This document shows positions 40,871-55,448 of a stretch of 64,000 nt of DNA, one piece after another. The number at the start of each line of letters is the position of its first letter. The first letter of the stretch is position 1. The DNA is from Octopus sinensis (lineage: Eukaryota): positions 76,632,001 to 76,696,000 of the forward strand of contig NC_042999.1 of the NCBI RefSeq assembly GCF_006345805.1, given 5' to 3'. The position numbers and the translations under genes are program-made. The notes beneath the pieces were generated by a model. That model was given only the letters and a program-made list of their open reading frames with translations, had not been told where the DNA came from and did no database searches.

Positions 40871-41430
40871 TTCGAGGTCGATTCTATCGCCTGAAACCTC
40901 ACTGAAATCGCTGGCTTTCTGCCAACATGTGAAACAATTATTGTCATTTAAGACAAAAACGACACATATTTTTAGGGTGTATTAAACTGGTCCAATAATT
41001 GTTTTACTTCTATATTTTATATCGCAATTTGTAAATATAAACCTTTCAACGGGTCACTCATATATCGACTGTATTTCTGACGTTGATCGTAATAAGGTGG
41101 CGTCTATACAAATCAGTGAAGACCGATTATAACAAGTGACTTCGTTCAAAGCACTTGCATTGGACTGACATTAAGTTTTCATTAAGGTAGACACTGAATA
41201 AGCCTTTATTTTGTTTCAAAAACGAAAAATGTCGATGTTTATACCCGTTTCAGATGGTTAATAGTGTAAATAGAGGGAAAGTGATTCAACAGGATATTGG
41301 ACCCTGCTGCGTCCACGACTTGCCATGGTCTTTCTTCATGCTCTGTTTTTGATCAAATAAATATCAGTAGGTATTATGTTAATTATTATAATTAGCTGAT
41401 ACACAGTTACATATAAAACATGGGGCGCAT

Positions 41431-41490
<60 letters not shown>

Positions 41491-43711
41491 AAGTGTGTAT
41501 GTATATGAGTGACTTTTGCCAATGCAGGTGTGATGTGTATGTATACAAGGTTGTACGGTGCGCATATGTGTGTGTTTGCGCGCGCATGTGTGTGTGTGTG
41601 CAAAGAAACACGCATTTTCCTTAGATAAATATGACTCCATATATGAGAAATTTACAAATATCACACTCTTCACACATACGCACACACACACAACACAATA
41701 ACTGAACAGAGCAATCATATGTATATAATTATTTTCATACGAGTTCATAACAAAAAATTTATTAGCAGTATTGTCATGCGCATTCATTCACGCACGAAAA
41801 CAACTTACACTCACACAATTAATAATAAATAACAACAAAGCCTAAATAAGCCCTTGCATCCCTTATTTTCCAAATAGAATTGAAAAGATATGCGACAACA
41901 ACCTGCAGTCTTGCCAACTAATCAAAATAAAGACAAGATTTGAAACGAAAAAAATATTTGATAGAAGAAGGGAGGGCTCTTTTCTTCTCTCATGAATCTT
42001 AATGACACAGGAATGCTATCATTGCTGTGGTATGTCTCCCAGGTTCAACATCACCGTCAGTATAGCGATGTTGTTGTTGTTGTTGTGTGGCGGCGCCTAC
42101 TTGCTTGCGATCCTGTATGTATGTGTATGTTCGTGTGCGTGTATATGTATGACGGTGTCGGATGTTTGTCTGATGATGTTTGTGTGCAATGGCATGAGAT
42201 TTGCATGTATGTGCGTGTGTTCTATCTTGCTTGTTTGTGTGATGGTAGGGATAGATGATGATGATGATGAGGAAGAGGAGGAGGATTGAGTGTGTGTGAT
42301 GGAGCAATGAAGGATGAGAGTGAAAGGGCGCGTGTGTGTATGTATACATGTGTATAGGTGCGTTAATCTCAGTACTAACGCTGACGTTTCAGTTATAGTT
42401 ACTACTCTTAATAATCGTAATACTGGAAATGTCGAGGAGGAGGAGGAGGAGGAGGGGTTGAAGTTGATGATGATCAGTACCACGATAAAGGCGACAACTA
42501 ACTTCCATACAACATATAGCAATCACAACTCAATGCCGCCATTTTCCCCCTCTATTCACCACAACACATGCATTTTATCGAATATCTGTCTCTTTTACAA
42601 GTTGCTACCAAAATTTTGCTTTTTCCAAATTAGCTAACAGTATAGAAACCTACCTAAACTCCCATGCAGCAACTGACAATTCTCTACTCCTCATTCAAAC
42701 GCTACCACAACTGCCATCAAGGGTCTTCCTAAACACTTCGCCTAACCATTTTAATCTACTGAAATACCCTTCCTGTCCACCATTTCCTAACAAGCATCAG
42801 TTTGAAGTGGTTTTAATCTGAACATTAACCACATCTAATCTCCAAAATGTCAGTCAATTTTCAAGGTGCTGTGATTTTAACTTCACCACATATTTGAGGC
42901 TAAATAATGGTTTCAGTGTTTGGATCAAGGACTCAAATAAGAAGAAGGCGCCTACCTTATTTAATTTGGCGCTTTAGTGACCGGTAACAGATTAATCAAC
43001 CCCCGAAAGGATGACAGACAAAGTCGGAAGCAACATCTGAGCCTAGTAAGTAAAGGTCGTGAATTGATTTCACTGCCACATATTTGGATGGATATGAATA
43101 AATGATTTAATCGATCCCAAGAAGTTAATTGTCCTTTATTTTATGGACAACGAAAGAATGCAAAGCTGATTTGCGCATGATTCGAACTCAAAACATAACA
43201 AGCTGAAATTAAATATCCCGAAGCATTATGCCAACACCGACTTCGTTCAGACTAAATAATGTATTCTAATATAGGCACAGTTCCAACTAAATCAAAGAGC
43301 GGTATCAATATAAAAATTCCTGTGTGTTCTGTGTATTTGTCATGTTGAGTTCGATGCGTTGAACATGTACAAACGCCCATTTTTTTTCAGTAAAATAAAA
43401 TATAACAACAGGTCGAGCTACGTAAACCATACGCACACATGCATAAGCACACATTTTTACATATAAGCACGTAATTCAGTCATATACGAAGTTACGGAAA
43501 TCAACGACACAAGACGATATGTCAGGCCGTTTTCTGCCTCCAGGCGTTTGATAAAATGAATGATGGTATAATAGACTATCAGATTTTATTACGTCCTTGA
43601 GGAAGAGAAGCAGTACACGCAAAGGAAGAGCTGGAGAAAGGTGGGGAGGGGTCGTAAATGAGAAGGATTATAGAAAAGGGGGGAGAAGGAGGAGGAAGGA
43701 GGAAAAAAGAT

Positions 43712-43995
43712 TGAGAAGAAGAAGAAGAAGAAGAAGAAGAAGAAGAAGAAGAAGAAGAAGAGAAGAAGAAGTTGAAGAAGAAGAGAGGGAGAAAAGAATG
43801 AAAAGAGAGAAGGAGGAGATGAAGAAGAAAAAGGTGGAGAGGAAGAAGGCGGAGCAGAGGAAATAGAAAGAAAGGAAACAGAAGAAGGGGAGGAAAAGAG
43901 AAGAAGAAGAAGAAGAAGAAGAAGAAGAAGAAGAAGAAGAAGAAGAAGAAGGAGAAGAAGAAGAAGAACAACAACAACAACAACAACAAAAACAA
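43712..43995. repeat. (AAG)n and (AAC)n tracts with a purine-rich spacer
   Basis: Read directly. Confidence 0.95.
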
Positions 43996-44463
43996 CAACG
44001 ACAATGACAACAACATAATGAGACGCAAAAGAGGAGTGAGTGTTGTGTGAAAACAAGGGGGAAATTACACTCAATGCCAATTAGCAAATATAACCTTAGG
44101 TAATTTTATCGTTGCTTTTTCTTTATTTTCTTTTTTATTTGTCATTCATTTATTCAGATGATTATTTTCTTCAAGACTCGAGTTTCTTTGTTTTATCATT
44201 GTTTCTGTAGAGGTATTGTCACTCTTATTATTGGTGTGGTTGATGATGATGGTGATGATAATGATTCTCTTATTTTTATATATTTTTCGTGCTAATTATT
44301 TTTCATTATAATTAACTACGAGAATATTCTTCAACAAGCAAAATCATTATACGCTCACATATATGCGTATTTTTGATACATACATATTTACACACACACA
44401 TAAATATATATAATATACTTATAAGCATATGCATATATCTATCTATGTTTGCATGTATGAATT

Positions 44464-44588
<125 letters not shown>

Positions 44589-45598
44589 GGATGGATGGAT
44601 GGATGGATAAAGAATACAGTCTTCTATTCTCTTATCCTATAAGGGTTGTATATACCAACCTCAGTACATATTGCAATTGATACTTGTTTTAACAGTCTTT
44701 GCTTGTCGAACGGCTATGTTATATTATATAGGTGTGTGTATGTGTGTAAACGACGCAATTCAACATGCTAAGTGAATAAACATAAACGCATACACACATT
44801 CAAATACACACACATAAACACATGCACGCACGCACAAACACGCACTCGTATACATATCTGTTTCGCTTTCACTCGTAATCAAAAGTGATGCCGGCCAGAC
44901 GGATCATGTGTCCCGTCATCCGGTGCAGATCCGATTCTACATTCTAGATTGTAGCTAGCGCAACTACCGATATACTAGAATCTCTTGCTGTGTCAGCGAT
45001 ACAGAGTATAGGTCTCAGCAAAATTCAAAAGACACAAAAATACTACTGCTCGGTACAGGCTTGCATTTTGTCGACAATTTTATGTTCTTTTCTTTCCACA
45101 GTTTTTCACTGAGCTTCCTGACAGCGAACTTAGTTGAACTTTCTATCTCAATAAATATTTATTTTCTGATAATTGCAAATATATTCTTGTAATTACATTT
45201 ATTTTCTTACTAAAAGAACGATAACCTGAAAATAAATTGAAAAAAATATCTCGTTTTATAATTAGTTATTGCAATTTTCAAATTACAATAAGCTGTTTCA
45301 AAAATTAATATTTTGTCTAATTTGTCTTTCGGCTGATGTACTTTCGACCAGTAATGTTTGTTTTTACGGCATAAACACAATTTCACATTACGCTCAATAG
45401 TCTTAGTAGAGAACATATCTATTAAATTTTTACAAGGAAAACGTTAACAGTGACTTCGAAATTACGGTTTGCTTGCCGCCATCAGATTGTCAGTAGTTCT
45501 TTCGGGGTGTCAGAACTGGATCAATCGAAAATCATTAAGACATTCCAAGACTAGGTATGTGGACCAAACAGATTTTATCAAGCCCTTCGACACTAGCC

Positions 45599-46605
45599 AT
45601 GGAAAAATTCACGACCGAATAGTGAACACAAACTGTTCACTAAGCAAAGATCAATAATTCTGAGCCAACGAGCATATCGTCGCTAATACGGCGTGAGATT
45701 TTCTCCGAGTGAATCAAAGATTATATGTTTGGCTGTCATTTTCAGGATCAGGGTTTAATAAGTAACAACCCACGATGAGACTGACTTCATTCGGTTAGGA
45801 GCAAAGGTATAGTTGAGTGTGTAAGTGACAGTGTTGCAGAAGATCCTTGCAACATAAGCTTGAAAACGGTCTGAAAAGGTTAAGGTCTCTCGAACGTTGT
45901 TCCGACGAATTCTTAAAGCCTTGATCCTGTTTCCGTATAAAATACAGTTGGCACCACCAGATTATGTCCATAGATGCATTATGCAGACAGATTTCAAGAA
46001 TTAACAAGGGGACATCTCGAATTTATTCATATGAATAGCTTCATTAATAAACAAAACAGCTAGGGTTGAGGTTCGAAAATTCTTTGGGCAATTCACCAAA
46101 AGATATCGCATCCCATTAAAAGGAAGGCCTGATCTGAGGTAACGTCGAACGAAATGAATGAACTTCGCTTTTTCGCAGATCACATTGGGAATGCTTTAAC
46201 TGTTATAGGAGAGTAATATCGGTCTATTACCGAAAATTTTTCACTCCCAACAGTTCAAGATATACAAGACATGAGGTTCTAACAGATCGGAACGACAACT
46301 TAAGTAGCAAAGGCCACAACCTAAGTGTTCAGCCAAAATTTTGAGAGTGAACTAATTCCTTCGGTAGTGACATAAGCAGATTACCACATTCTCCAGATCT
46401 CACGACTTCTAATTTAATCCAATGAGTTTATGTCAGTAACAAAGTTTATGTTAACAAACACCAGATGCTCCAACGGCCGAAGAAAATTATTCCAGACGCA
46501 ATCAGAAAACTGGAACCGGAAACAGTAAAAGGTGTCACGGAAAACGCCTTATCAAAAGCACAGAAAAAGGACGCCATTTACGATGCGATTTTTTTTCACA
46601 CATAG
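45599..46605 (+). pseudogene. Decayed DD41D (rosa/Visitor) Tc1/mariner transposase
   Basis: Collinear motifs with stops and frameshifts: MEKFTTE, YGVRFSPSES, SVAEDP, FRRILK..LFPYKIQL, HMNSFINKQN, GNALTVIGE, MRF*QIGT, HSPDLT, KVYVNK, GRHL..FFHT*. There are 41 codons between the second and third catalytic positions if one 1-nt deletion is allowed. TIRs were not identified. Confidence 0.85.
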
Positions 46606-47129
46606 CGTACGTTAATTTCTTATGTATATTGTTTATGATGCTATAGTATTATGAATTTAAAGCAAAAACTTAAGAAGTCATTAAATGTTCAAAACTCTAC
46701 GTGAATTTTGACTCAACAAAATTTGTTTTGAAGGGCTATGTCAGAGAAAACTGTTACCCTTGGAAGATATTCTTATTTTATGAATTGGCTTAAGATTTTT
46801 TATATTTTCATCTATTCCACTTACATTTACATTACATCTTTCTTTTTACTGTTTATTCAGTCCGCACTTAATTCATTACTGGCATACTTAATAATCTTAA
46901 ACTTTGCTTAATACTATCTTATATTATACTATCACTACCATCTTTTTTGCATTTTATTATTCTATCTTATGTATTTGACTCTTATTCAGTCTTCTCATAC
47001 AGTTAGAACGGCTTGTGTCTATGTGTATAAAGACGTAAAATATGTATAGGGTCACTGATGAAAAATTCGCCAGGCAAATTATTTTATTTGCTAAAAAATT
47101 TAGAAACCTAGGTCTGATCGGAATAAACA

Positions 47130-47495
47130 GGGCTTAGAAAAACTGAAAGGCCGTTGCAATAAGTGTACGAATCTCAGAGAGGAATATGTTCTTTTCTACT
47201 CTAGGCACAAGGTCCGAAATTTTGGGGGGAGGGGGCTAGTCGATTAGATCGACCCCAGTATGTAACAGGTAGTTAATTTATCGACCCCGAAAGGATGAAA
47301 GGCAAATTCTACCTCGGCGGAATTTGAACTCAGAACGTAAAGACAGACGAAATACTGCTACATTTCGCTCGGATTGCTAACGTTCCTGCCAGTTTGCTGC
47401 CTCTGAGGGGGAAATATCTTGAATAAAATCACAATTAATTCATCCTCCTGTATTTCCTTTTACCCGATACCAGGAACTTTTCAGCACCACCTCAT
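47130..47495 (-). mobile_element. Second MITE copy, interrupted by a SINE (47190-47402)
   Basis: Reverse-complement homology to 17302-17504 on both sides of the SINE. Degenerate duplication ctcagagaggaatatgt / ctgagggggaaatatct. Confidence 0.75.
47190..47402 (-). mobile_element. SINE family N, tail type 2
   Basis: Begins tcttttctactctaggcacaagg on the plus strand and has the family N core. Confidence 0.88.
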
Positions 47496-47526
47496 ATACA
47501 TAAATGGATATGTGAGTATGTACGTG

Positions 47527-47557
<31 letters not shown>

Positions 47558-47589
47558 ATGTGTGTGTGTATATATATATATATATATGA

Positions 47590-47850
47590 GAAGTCACGTG
47601 GCATAGTGGCTAAGATATTCGACTCACGATCTTACGCTCGTGATTTCGATTCCCGCCACGAGTTGTGTCCTTGAGCAAGACACTTTACTCCAGTCCACTC
47701 AGCTGGCAAAAACGTGTCGTACCTGTAATTCAAAGGGCCGACTCTGTCACACTGTTTCACGCTGACTCTCCCTAAGATGTCTGTGTAGTGCTATGCCATT
47801 TGCATGTTAACATCACGAGCATGCTCTGAGGTTTATCGTATCAGTGCCAG
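47590..47850 (+). mobile_element. SINE family B variant with a different 3' half
   Basis: Same head and ttgagcaagacacttt domain, then aattcaaagggcc... A decayed relative lies on the minus strand at about 24900-25195. Confidence 0.7.
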
Positions 47851-48562
47851 CTATAGCTGTAGATAATCATCGATACACGTAAATATATACACAAATGTAT
47901 GTGTTTGTATACATATATACACGCACAAAAATATGCGTTTGTATATATATAGGCGTGGCTGTGTGGTAAGAAGCTTGTTCCCTAACTGCATAGTTGCGGG
48001 TTCAGTCCCACGATGTCAACATTAACAATTTTTCAAACTTTAGCACAATGCGTTAGTCAATTGCATTGACCCCTGTTCGTGGCCTGTGCTTTCGTTTTAT
48101 CGATGCCGAAAGGATAAAAGTTACAGTTAACTTCGACACAATTTGACGTTAGTGCATAAAGAGCGGCAAGAAATTCCGCTATGCATTTTCTTTCGATGTG
48201 CTAACGATTCTGCTATCTCGCCACTTTTAGCAATAAGAATATCAAATTTTGGCACAAGGCCACCTAGTGTAAGGAAAGGGGTAGTCGATTGAATCGACCT
48301 CAGTACTTGACTAGTACTTTATGGTATCGATCTTGAAAGCATGAAAGGCAAAGATGAACTCGGCTTGCTAACGTTTCCGCAATTTCGCTCTCATCAACAG
48401 ACATAATAACAATAACATCAAACAACAGCAGGGTAGCAAAAATGATGATGATGATGATGATGATATCGAGCAAGAGAAACCAACGCCAGGATTCTTGAGA
48501 ACTGTTTCAGTTCCATGTATTACCACTTTGAGGAGACATATAGTGCACAGTTTATATCAATA

Positions 48563-48727
48563 AAGAAGAAGAAGAAGAAGAAGAAGAAGAAGAAGAAGAA
48601 GAAGAAGAAGAAGAAGAAGAAGAAGAAGAAGAAGAAGAAGAAGAAGAAGAAGAAGAAGAAGAAGAAGAAGAAGAAGAAGAAGAAGAAGAAGAAGAAGAAG
48701 AAGAAGAAGAATAAGAAGAAGAAGAAG
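48563..48727. repeat. Nearly pure (AAG)n tract of about 55 units
   Basis: Read directly. One interruption near the 3' end. Confidence 0.97.
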
Positions 48728-49053
48728 ACGTTCCATAATCTGAAAGCGTTGACCTGAATGGAGTGTATAAGATTTTCCAGGTGTTTACAAAAAGTATAGT
48801 TCTTTCTTGTTTTGTTGCTGTTGTTAGCTATTTCTTGTATTTGCTTAATTTGTTTCTTAATGCTTTTATTTATCTTTACATTCTTCTCTTGTTTTTGTTG
48901 TTGTTGCTATATTTATTTCATTATTTCAATTAGATTTCTGGAGTGCGATAGAAAAGAAAGGAATGTCGGTAATGCCAATGAGCAACTAGAGGAGGGAGGC
49001 AAAGAGGGGGATGTGTGTGTGTGTGAGAGTGAGAGAGAGACAGACAGACAGAC

Positions 49054-49102
<49 letters not shown>

Positions 49103-49348
49103 AAGAGAGACAGAGAGAGATGGCGATTATGATCATAGTGATGGTGTTGGGTGATAAGGAAGATGAGGCGGAGAAAAAGAACAGAGGCATGCAGTAAGAA
49201 AAAAAGATAGACAGAGGAGAGTGAAAAGAAAGGTAAGTGAAAGAATGATGAGAGTAGACAGACAGACAGATAGACAAGCAGACATAAATAAATAAATAGA
49301 TAAATAAATATGAATTGATGCAAATAAATATATATGTGTGTATTGATG

Positions 49349-49387
<39 letters not shown>

Positions 49388-49605
49388 AGACAGACAGACA
49401 GGCAGACAGGCAGGCAGGCAGACAGGCAGGCAGACAGACAGGCAGGCAGGCAGACAGACAGACAGACAAACAGATAGATAGATATTGTGTTAATTAGTGT
49501 GCGCTTGTGTTTTTGTGTCTTTGTTATGGCGTATATATTGTGTCTGTATTTGACTGTATTACTCTGTGTGTGTGTGTGCACATATATACGTGTGAGTGTG
49601 TGTTT

Positions 49606-49650
<45 letters not shown>

Positions 49651-50786
49651 TGTGTGTGTGTGTGTGTGTGTGAGTATTTGGTAGGCGTGTGTGCGTATAA
49701 ACGTGTATTACCTAGATAATGTTTCTGTGTGTGGTTCAGTGTAATTAATATGTGTGAATATGCGTTTTAGAAAAACAGGTATCTATGAGACACTGTGCGT
49801 GTGATATTGTGAGAAGATGAAAGGAGATACAGAGTGGAAAAAAAATCAGGAAGGGTAGAAGGAAAGTGAAAGTGCGACGAGAAAGATGCAATAGAAAATG
49901 TTTATTATATGATTATTATAGACAAAATAAAGTGAGGGCGGTTGCAACATAATAGAGCAGAGAGGGAGTGAGAGAGAAAGAGATAAAGGGGGGAAAGAGA
50001 GTGTTAGTAAAAAAGCAAGCAAATGAGACAGAGAGATCGAGAGAGATACAGAAATAGTGAGAGGCACAGAAAGACGTGGAGAGAGAAAATTGAAAAGAGT
50101 GAGAGAAAGTGAGATATATTTAGAGTAGGAAGTGAACATGAAAATTAGTGAATATAAGGAACGATGTATAAGGAAGTAAGAGAGAAGGTGAGTGATGCTG
50201 TAGAAGAAGAAAAGGAGTACTACAGAGTAAAAATTCAAATAGAGTAGCGACAGGTGAGAAAGTAAGTAGGGAATGTGTGAACTGGTGAGTGAGTGAGTGA
50301 GTAGAAAATATGTAGTAGTATAAACGTTAAAATAGTTGAAGTGGAGAATGAAGCGAAGGAAAGAAGAGTTGTGAGTGAGAGTATGAGTGGAGTGATGTGG
50401 ATCAAGTGAAGATGAAGTAAAAATTAGATGACGATGTAGAAGTTAGAAAAGGTGAGGTAAAAGATTTTCAGTTGTGTGTGTGTGGGGTGGTGGTGATTGG
50501 GTGAGGGGATGGAATAAAGAAAGTGGGAGGAGGAGGAGGAGGAGGAGGAGGAGGTAAAGGAGAGCGTGTAATGAAACAATTTCAATGATAGTTTGAGGCA
50601 GTATGAAATGACTCAGCATTCTGCTTGGAATCACTGAGTGCTTCGTTCATTAAGTTCATGATATGTGTTACATTTTCGCAAGCAAGCAAGCAAGCACAGA
50701 TAGGCACATGCATCGTTACATGCATAGTCGCACATACACTTACTCACACAGCGATAAATAGATAGATAGATAGAAAGAAGGAAATA

Positions 50787-50842
<56 letters not shown>

Positions 50843-50909
50843 CAGAATTAGTATAAATACAACTATGATGAAGCTGGTACTTTCACTGAATATATGTTAA
50901 CTGTTTCTC

Positions 50910-50960
<51 letters not shown>

Positions 50961-50971
50961 CTATATATATA

Positions 50972-51046
<75 letters not shown>

Positions 51047-51368
51047 GTATATATATATACATGTGTATGTGCGCGCGCGTGTACATGTATGTATGTGAGG
51101 CGAGAGAGAGAGAGAGATGTGCGTGTATGTATGTTTAAATATATAAACACACCATCGTATTCTTCAGTCTCACACCAAGCTGTCAATCTCTATCAAATCT
51201 GTTCTAGTCATCATCGACAATCTAATTATGTCGTCTGTTGTAACATACTTAACATATAACATATACGTGTGTCTTAAACCATATCGCCCGTTCACTCATT
51301 ACTTATCAATCAGCAAGTAGCTTCAGAATTTACAAACTGCTGCTTTTACCAACTTTTACAGGCAGTGT

Positions 51369-51702
51369 GAAGGTGCATGGCTCAGTGGTTAAAGCTTGGG
51401 GCTTGCAATCGTGAGGTTGTGAGTTTGTGAGTTCGATTTGCGGACCGGACTATATGTTGTGTTCTTGAGCAAGACACTTTATTTCATTTCATTCAGTTGT
51501 AGAAATGAGTTGCGACGTCACTGATGCCAAGCTGTATTGGCCTTTGCCTTTCTCTTGGATAAAAATCGATGGCGTGGAGACAGGAGACTGGTATGCATGA
51601 GTGACTGCTGGTCTTCCACAAACAACCTTACTTGCTCTTGTGTCCGAGCGGAAGTTTCTAGGTGCAATCTCAATGTTATTCGTGACAGAAGAAGTCTTTA
51701 CC
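51369..51702 (+). mobile_element. SINE family B, full length
   Basis: Collinear with the reverse complement of 39497-39832. Confidence 0.85.
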
Positions 51703-52881
51703 CTTTTACAAACATTCTCAGTTTTGGTTTAGCTCCCTGTGAGGGAGCATCTACGAACTTTTTCATGTTGCCACCCGTCTTAAAATAGCTGCACATGCTA
51801 ATCGCTTAAATATAAAGTATAGAATTCTTTACAACAGAGATGGCACACTCAATCATAGCAAGACTTTCAAAGGTAAGCTAGGTAAGCTAAATTTGATGCC
51901 TGATTCCTTGGTTTCCTATTCATAATTCTGTGCTTGTGTGTGTGGGGGGGTGTACATAAATACATGAGAAATTATGATAAATGAAGGTTTATATCATTTG
52001 ATCCAAATGTAAGCTTCGCTGTTGTCGTTGTTTGGAACTAACCTCTACATTGGATGTTCCAAGTGCTATCGGGGATGCTTAACTACAACGCCATCATCAG
52101 GAGAACATTTACATATATATATATAATCATCATCATTATTATTATTATTATTAGGTGCTCATTAAGTCATAAATAAAAGCATATTTAGTTTTAGTAATAG
52201 AGCGGGTATATCTATTTATATAATGTCAAACAATAAATTGCTTATTATGACATAACTGATCGTACATACATAATACACACCCCCCACATACAATAATACA
52301 TACATACATACATACATACATACATACATACATACATACATACATACATACATACATACATTAGATACTCGATAGCGAATGATTTGATTGTAGTTAAGGA
52401 GTTTCTTAAACAGAGGACCTATGAAACACCTCTAGTTACAGAAGGAAAAAAAAACTCGCTAATCTCCCATCCCCTACCTCATTAGCTTAGACCACCTCCA
52501 CTCCTAGTTCCTGCTTTCATCATTAAACTTAAATTCACTTCTGTGTCACTTCCGCCCAACAAAAGACATTCGCTCTCATGATGCTATTTGACGTAGTACT
52601 AAAATGAAGGATTGTGTGATAGTGTGAAAACAGCATAAGAGAAACACATGTCATCAACAAGATCACAGAGTGTAACGGAAAAAACTTTGTTAAACTAATT
52701 AATCAATTAATATATTTTATTCACAAACTATTGAATTCATAATAAAATTTACAATCAGGGCAATCAGTATGCGTTTTTATATGTAAAATACAACAGTTTC
52801 ACCATAAGATTTCACATCAAAATTAGTGCAAAACGAGGGTGTGTACGTGTGTGTATATAAATATATAGCTTTGTCTTTAAT

Positions 52882-53270
52882 CTTTTACTTGTTTTAGCCA
52901 TAAGATTGCGGCCAGTCTGAGGCACCACATTGAAGAATATTTAGTTGAATGAATCGAGCTCAATACGTATTTAGTATTATTATTATTATTTTTTTGTCTT
53001 TTTGAGCCTCGTACTTATTCTATAGGTTCTTAACCGAACCACTAAGTTATGGGGACGTAAACACAACGACACCGAACGTCAAGCAGTAGCGAACGAAGGA
53101 CACTGACACAAAGACACACACACGCACTCACACATACACATATATATATATATACATATATATATACATACATATATATATACATATATATATATACATA
53201 CATATATATATACATATATATATACATACATATACATATATATATATACATACATACATACATACATACA

Positions 53271-53319
<49 letters not shown>

Positions 53320-53435
53320 TTACGACGAGCTTCACTCAGTTTCCGTCTACAACATCAAGTCACAAGACTTCGATTGGCCCGGAGTTATAGCAGAAGACAC
53401 TTGCACAATGGGAGTGAATCCGGAACCATGTTGTG
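52882..53435 (-). mobile_element. SINE family A with an expanded internal microsatellite
   Basis: Both arms are homologous. The internal TA/CATA tract spans about 53110-53320. Confidence 0.78.
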
Positions 53436-53604
53436 TATATATAAACTTCATGCTTTCTTATATTATTAGAACATTGTTGCTGATTTGATGATATTCAGAC
53501 GTTTGGTTCCTGCTTAGTGTTTTGAAAAGCAATCCAAATTAAAAAACATAGACTGCACTTCCCGCCACCAATAACAGTTCAAAGCAGCAGCAGTAGCAAC
53601 AGTA

Positions 53605-53674
<70 letters not shown>

Positions 53675-54266
53675 CCGCAGCAGCAGATCGCGGGCGTGGA
53701 ATTGACCACACACATTTTACCATGGGATGAAGACAAACATATTACGGCCGTGTACTGAAGTTGATATTATCGACTGCGACCTTAGGCTTTTATCATTATT
53801 ATTATTGATGTGATACGGTGATGTATATTTTATAAGATGCGGGCGGCACACCACTCCTTTTTTTTTCTTTTTCATTATTCTATTTCCCGTGTCGTATATT
53901 AATTTTCATCATGAAATTATAATAGATGCAACACACCGCCACCCTCCATTACATTACTATTTCCCATCATCCACACACTTTTCTTTGCCACTAATTACTT
54001 GTTCCTCATCTTACTTCAAACACCGCAACTACCTACCACCAACACCAACACCACCATCATCATCCCCATCATTATCATAATCATCTTCATCTTCATCATC
54101 GTAGTCAACTGCAATAAAAACTCTAACACACTATGATCGCTGTAAGTATATATTATATCCGCCTCCACACAATTCCGCTTCTTTTACACTTAAAGAACAT
54201 CAGCTCATCTCGCCATCTTCACGCGTTGCATTTCTACATTCGGTGCATTTACACGCACACACACAC

Positions 54267-54350
<84 letters not shown>

Positions 54351-54416
54351 GTAAGACAGCAATAGACATATTTATATATGGACACCTGGCATTCTAATGA
54401 GAAACATGAACTAGGA

Positions 54417-54447
<31 letters not shown>

Positions 54448-54817
54448 CATAGATATATACACACACATATATATATATATGTATGTATAAATATATGTAT
54501 ATATATATATATATATATACACGCGCTCGTGTGTGTAAGTGCACGTGTTATGTGTTTTATATATATATATATGTTTATAGGTTAGTATGGCGTGTTGTGT
54601 GTTTTGTAGCCTCAAGTCTTCGTAGTCTTTTTCCACTTAAGATCTCAAGTACTGCATTCGCCATTGTGTTTGCTGCCGTCGTCAGTGTTGTCAGTCTCAT
54701 TGTTTTGGTGTCGATGGTGTTGGTGGTAGTGATTGTCATCGTCGTCGTTGTTATAGTCATTATCAATCTTGTGTTTCTCGGTGTACTTCATATATTTTTT
54801 TCTGTTTTTTTTTTTAT

Positions 54818-54956
54818 CATTTCTACTCTAGGCACAAGGCCAGAAATTTTAAGGGAAGGGGCAAGTCGATTAGATCGACACCAGTATGCAACTGGTACTT
54901 AATTTTATCGACCCCGGAAGGATGAAAGGCAAAGTCGACCTCGGAGGAATTTGAAG
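54818..54956 (-). mobile_element. SINE family N, 5'-truncated, tail type 2
   Basis: Homology to 47190-47402 and 60521-60730. Confidence 0.85.
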
Positions 54957-55255
54957 GTGTGCTTCATATATTATACTATCTTTAGCAAATCAAATAAAAT
55001 TCTTTTCTGTTTTTGATATTTCTTTCTCACTCTCTCTCTCCCCGTGTGTGTATGCGTATGTGTATGTGTGCGTGTGCGTGTGTGTGTGCGTGTGTCTGTG
55101 TGTGTGTGCGTGTGTCTGTGAGTGTCTCTGTGTGTATGTGTGTGAGTGTAATTTCTGCATTTATTTCTTCCATACAGTCTCGCTCTTTCCTTTTTCTTCT
55201 TTACCTTTCTTTCAACTACTCTTCGCTTTGAATGTGCAGATTCATTCATACATGC

Positions 55256-55320
<65 letters not shown>

Positions 55321-55448
55321 TGTGTGTGTATGTGTGTATACACATACACACACAGAAGCATACGGCCAGCACATAAACACACAGACACACATACATAATA
55401 TATAGACAACATATATATACAAATATGCATACATAAAGCATATAAGCC

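Noticed and set aside
48480-48562. Possible second R4-like 3' end (ARILENCF / TARILRTV) before the AAG tract
   Set aside because: It needs a frameshift, is too short, and has no supporting motif.
49840-50450. Strongly purine-skewed tract, with a pyrimidine-skewed counterpart at 57480-58280
   Set aside because: Consistent with decayed GA/CT microsatellites. The two do not align as a true inverted repeat.
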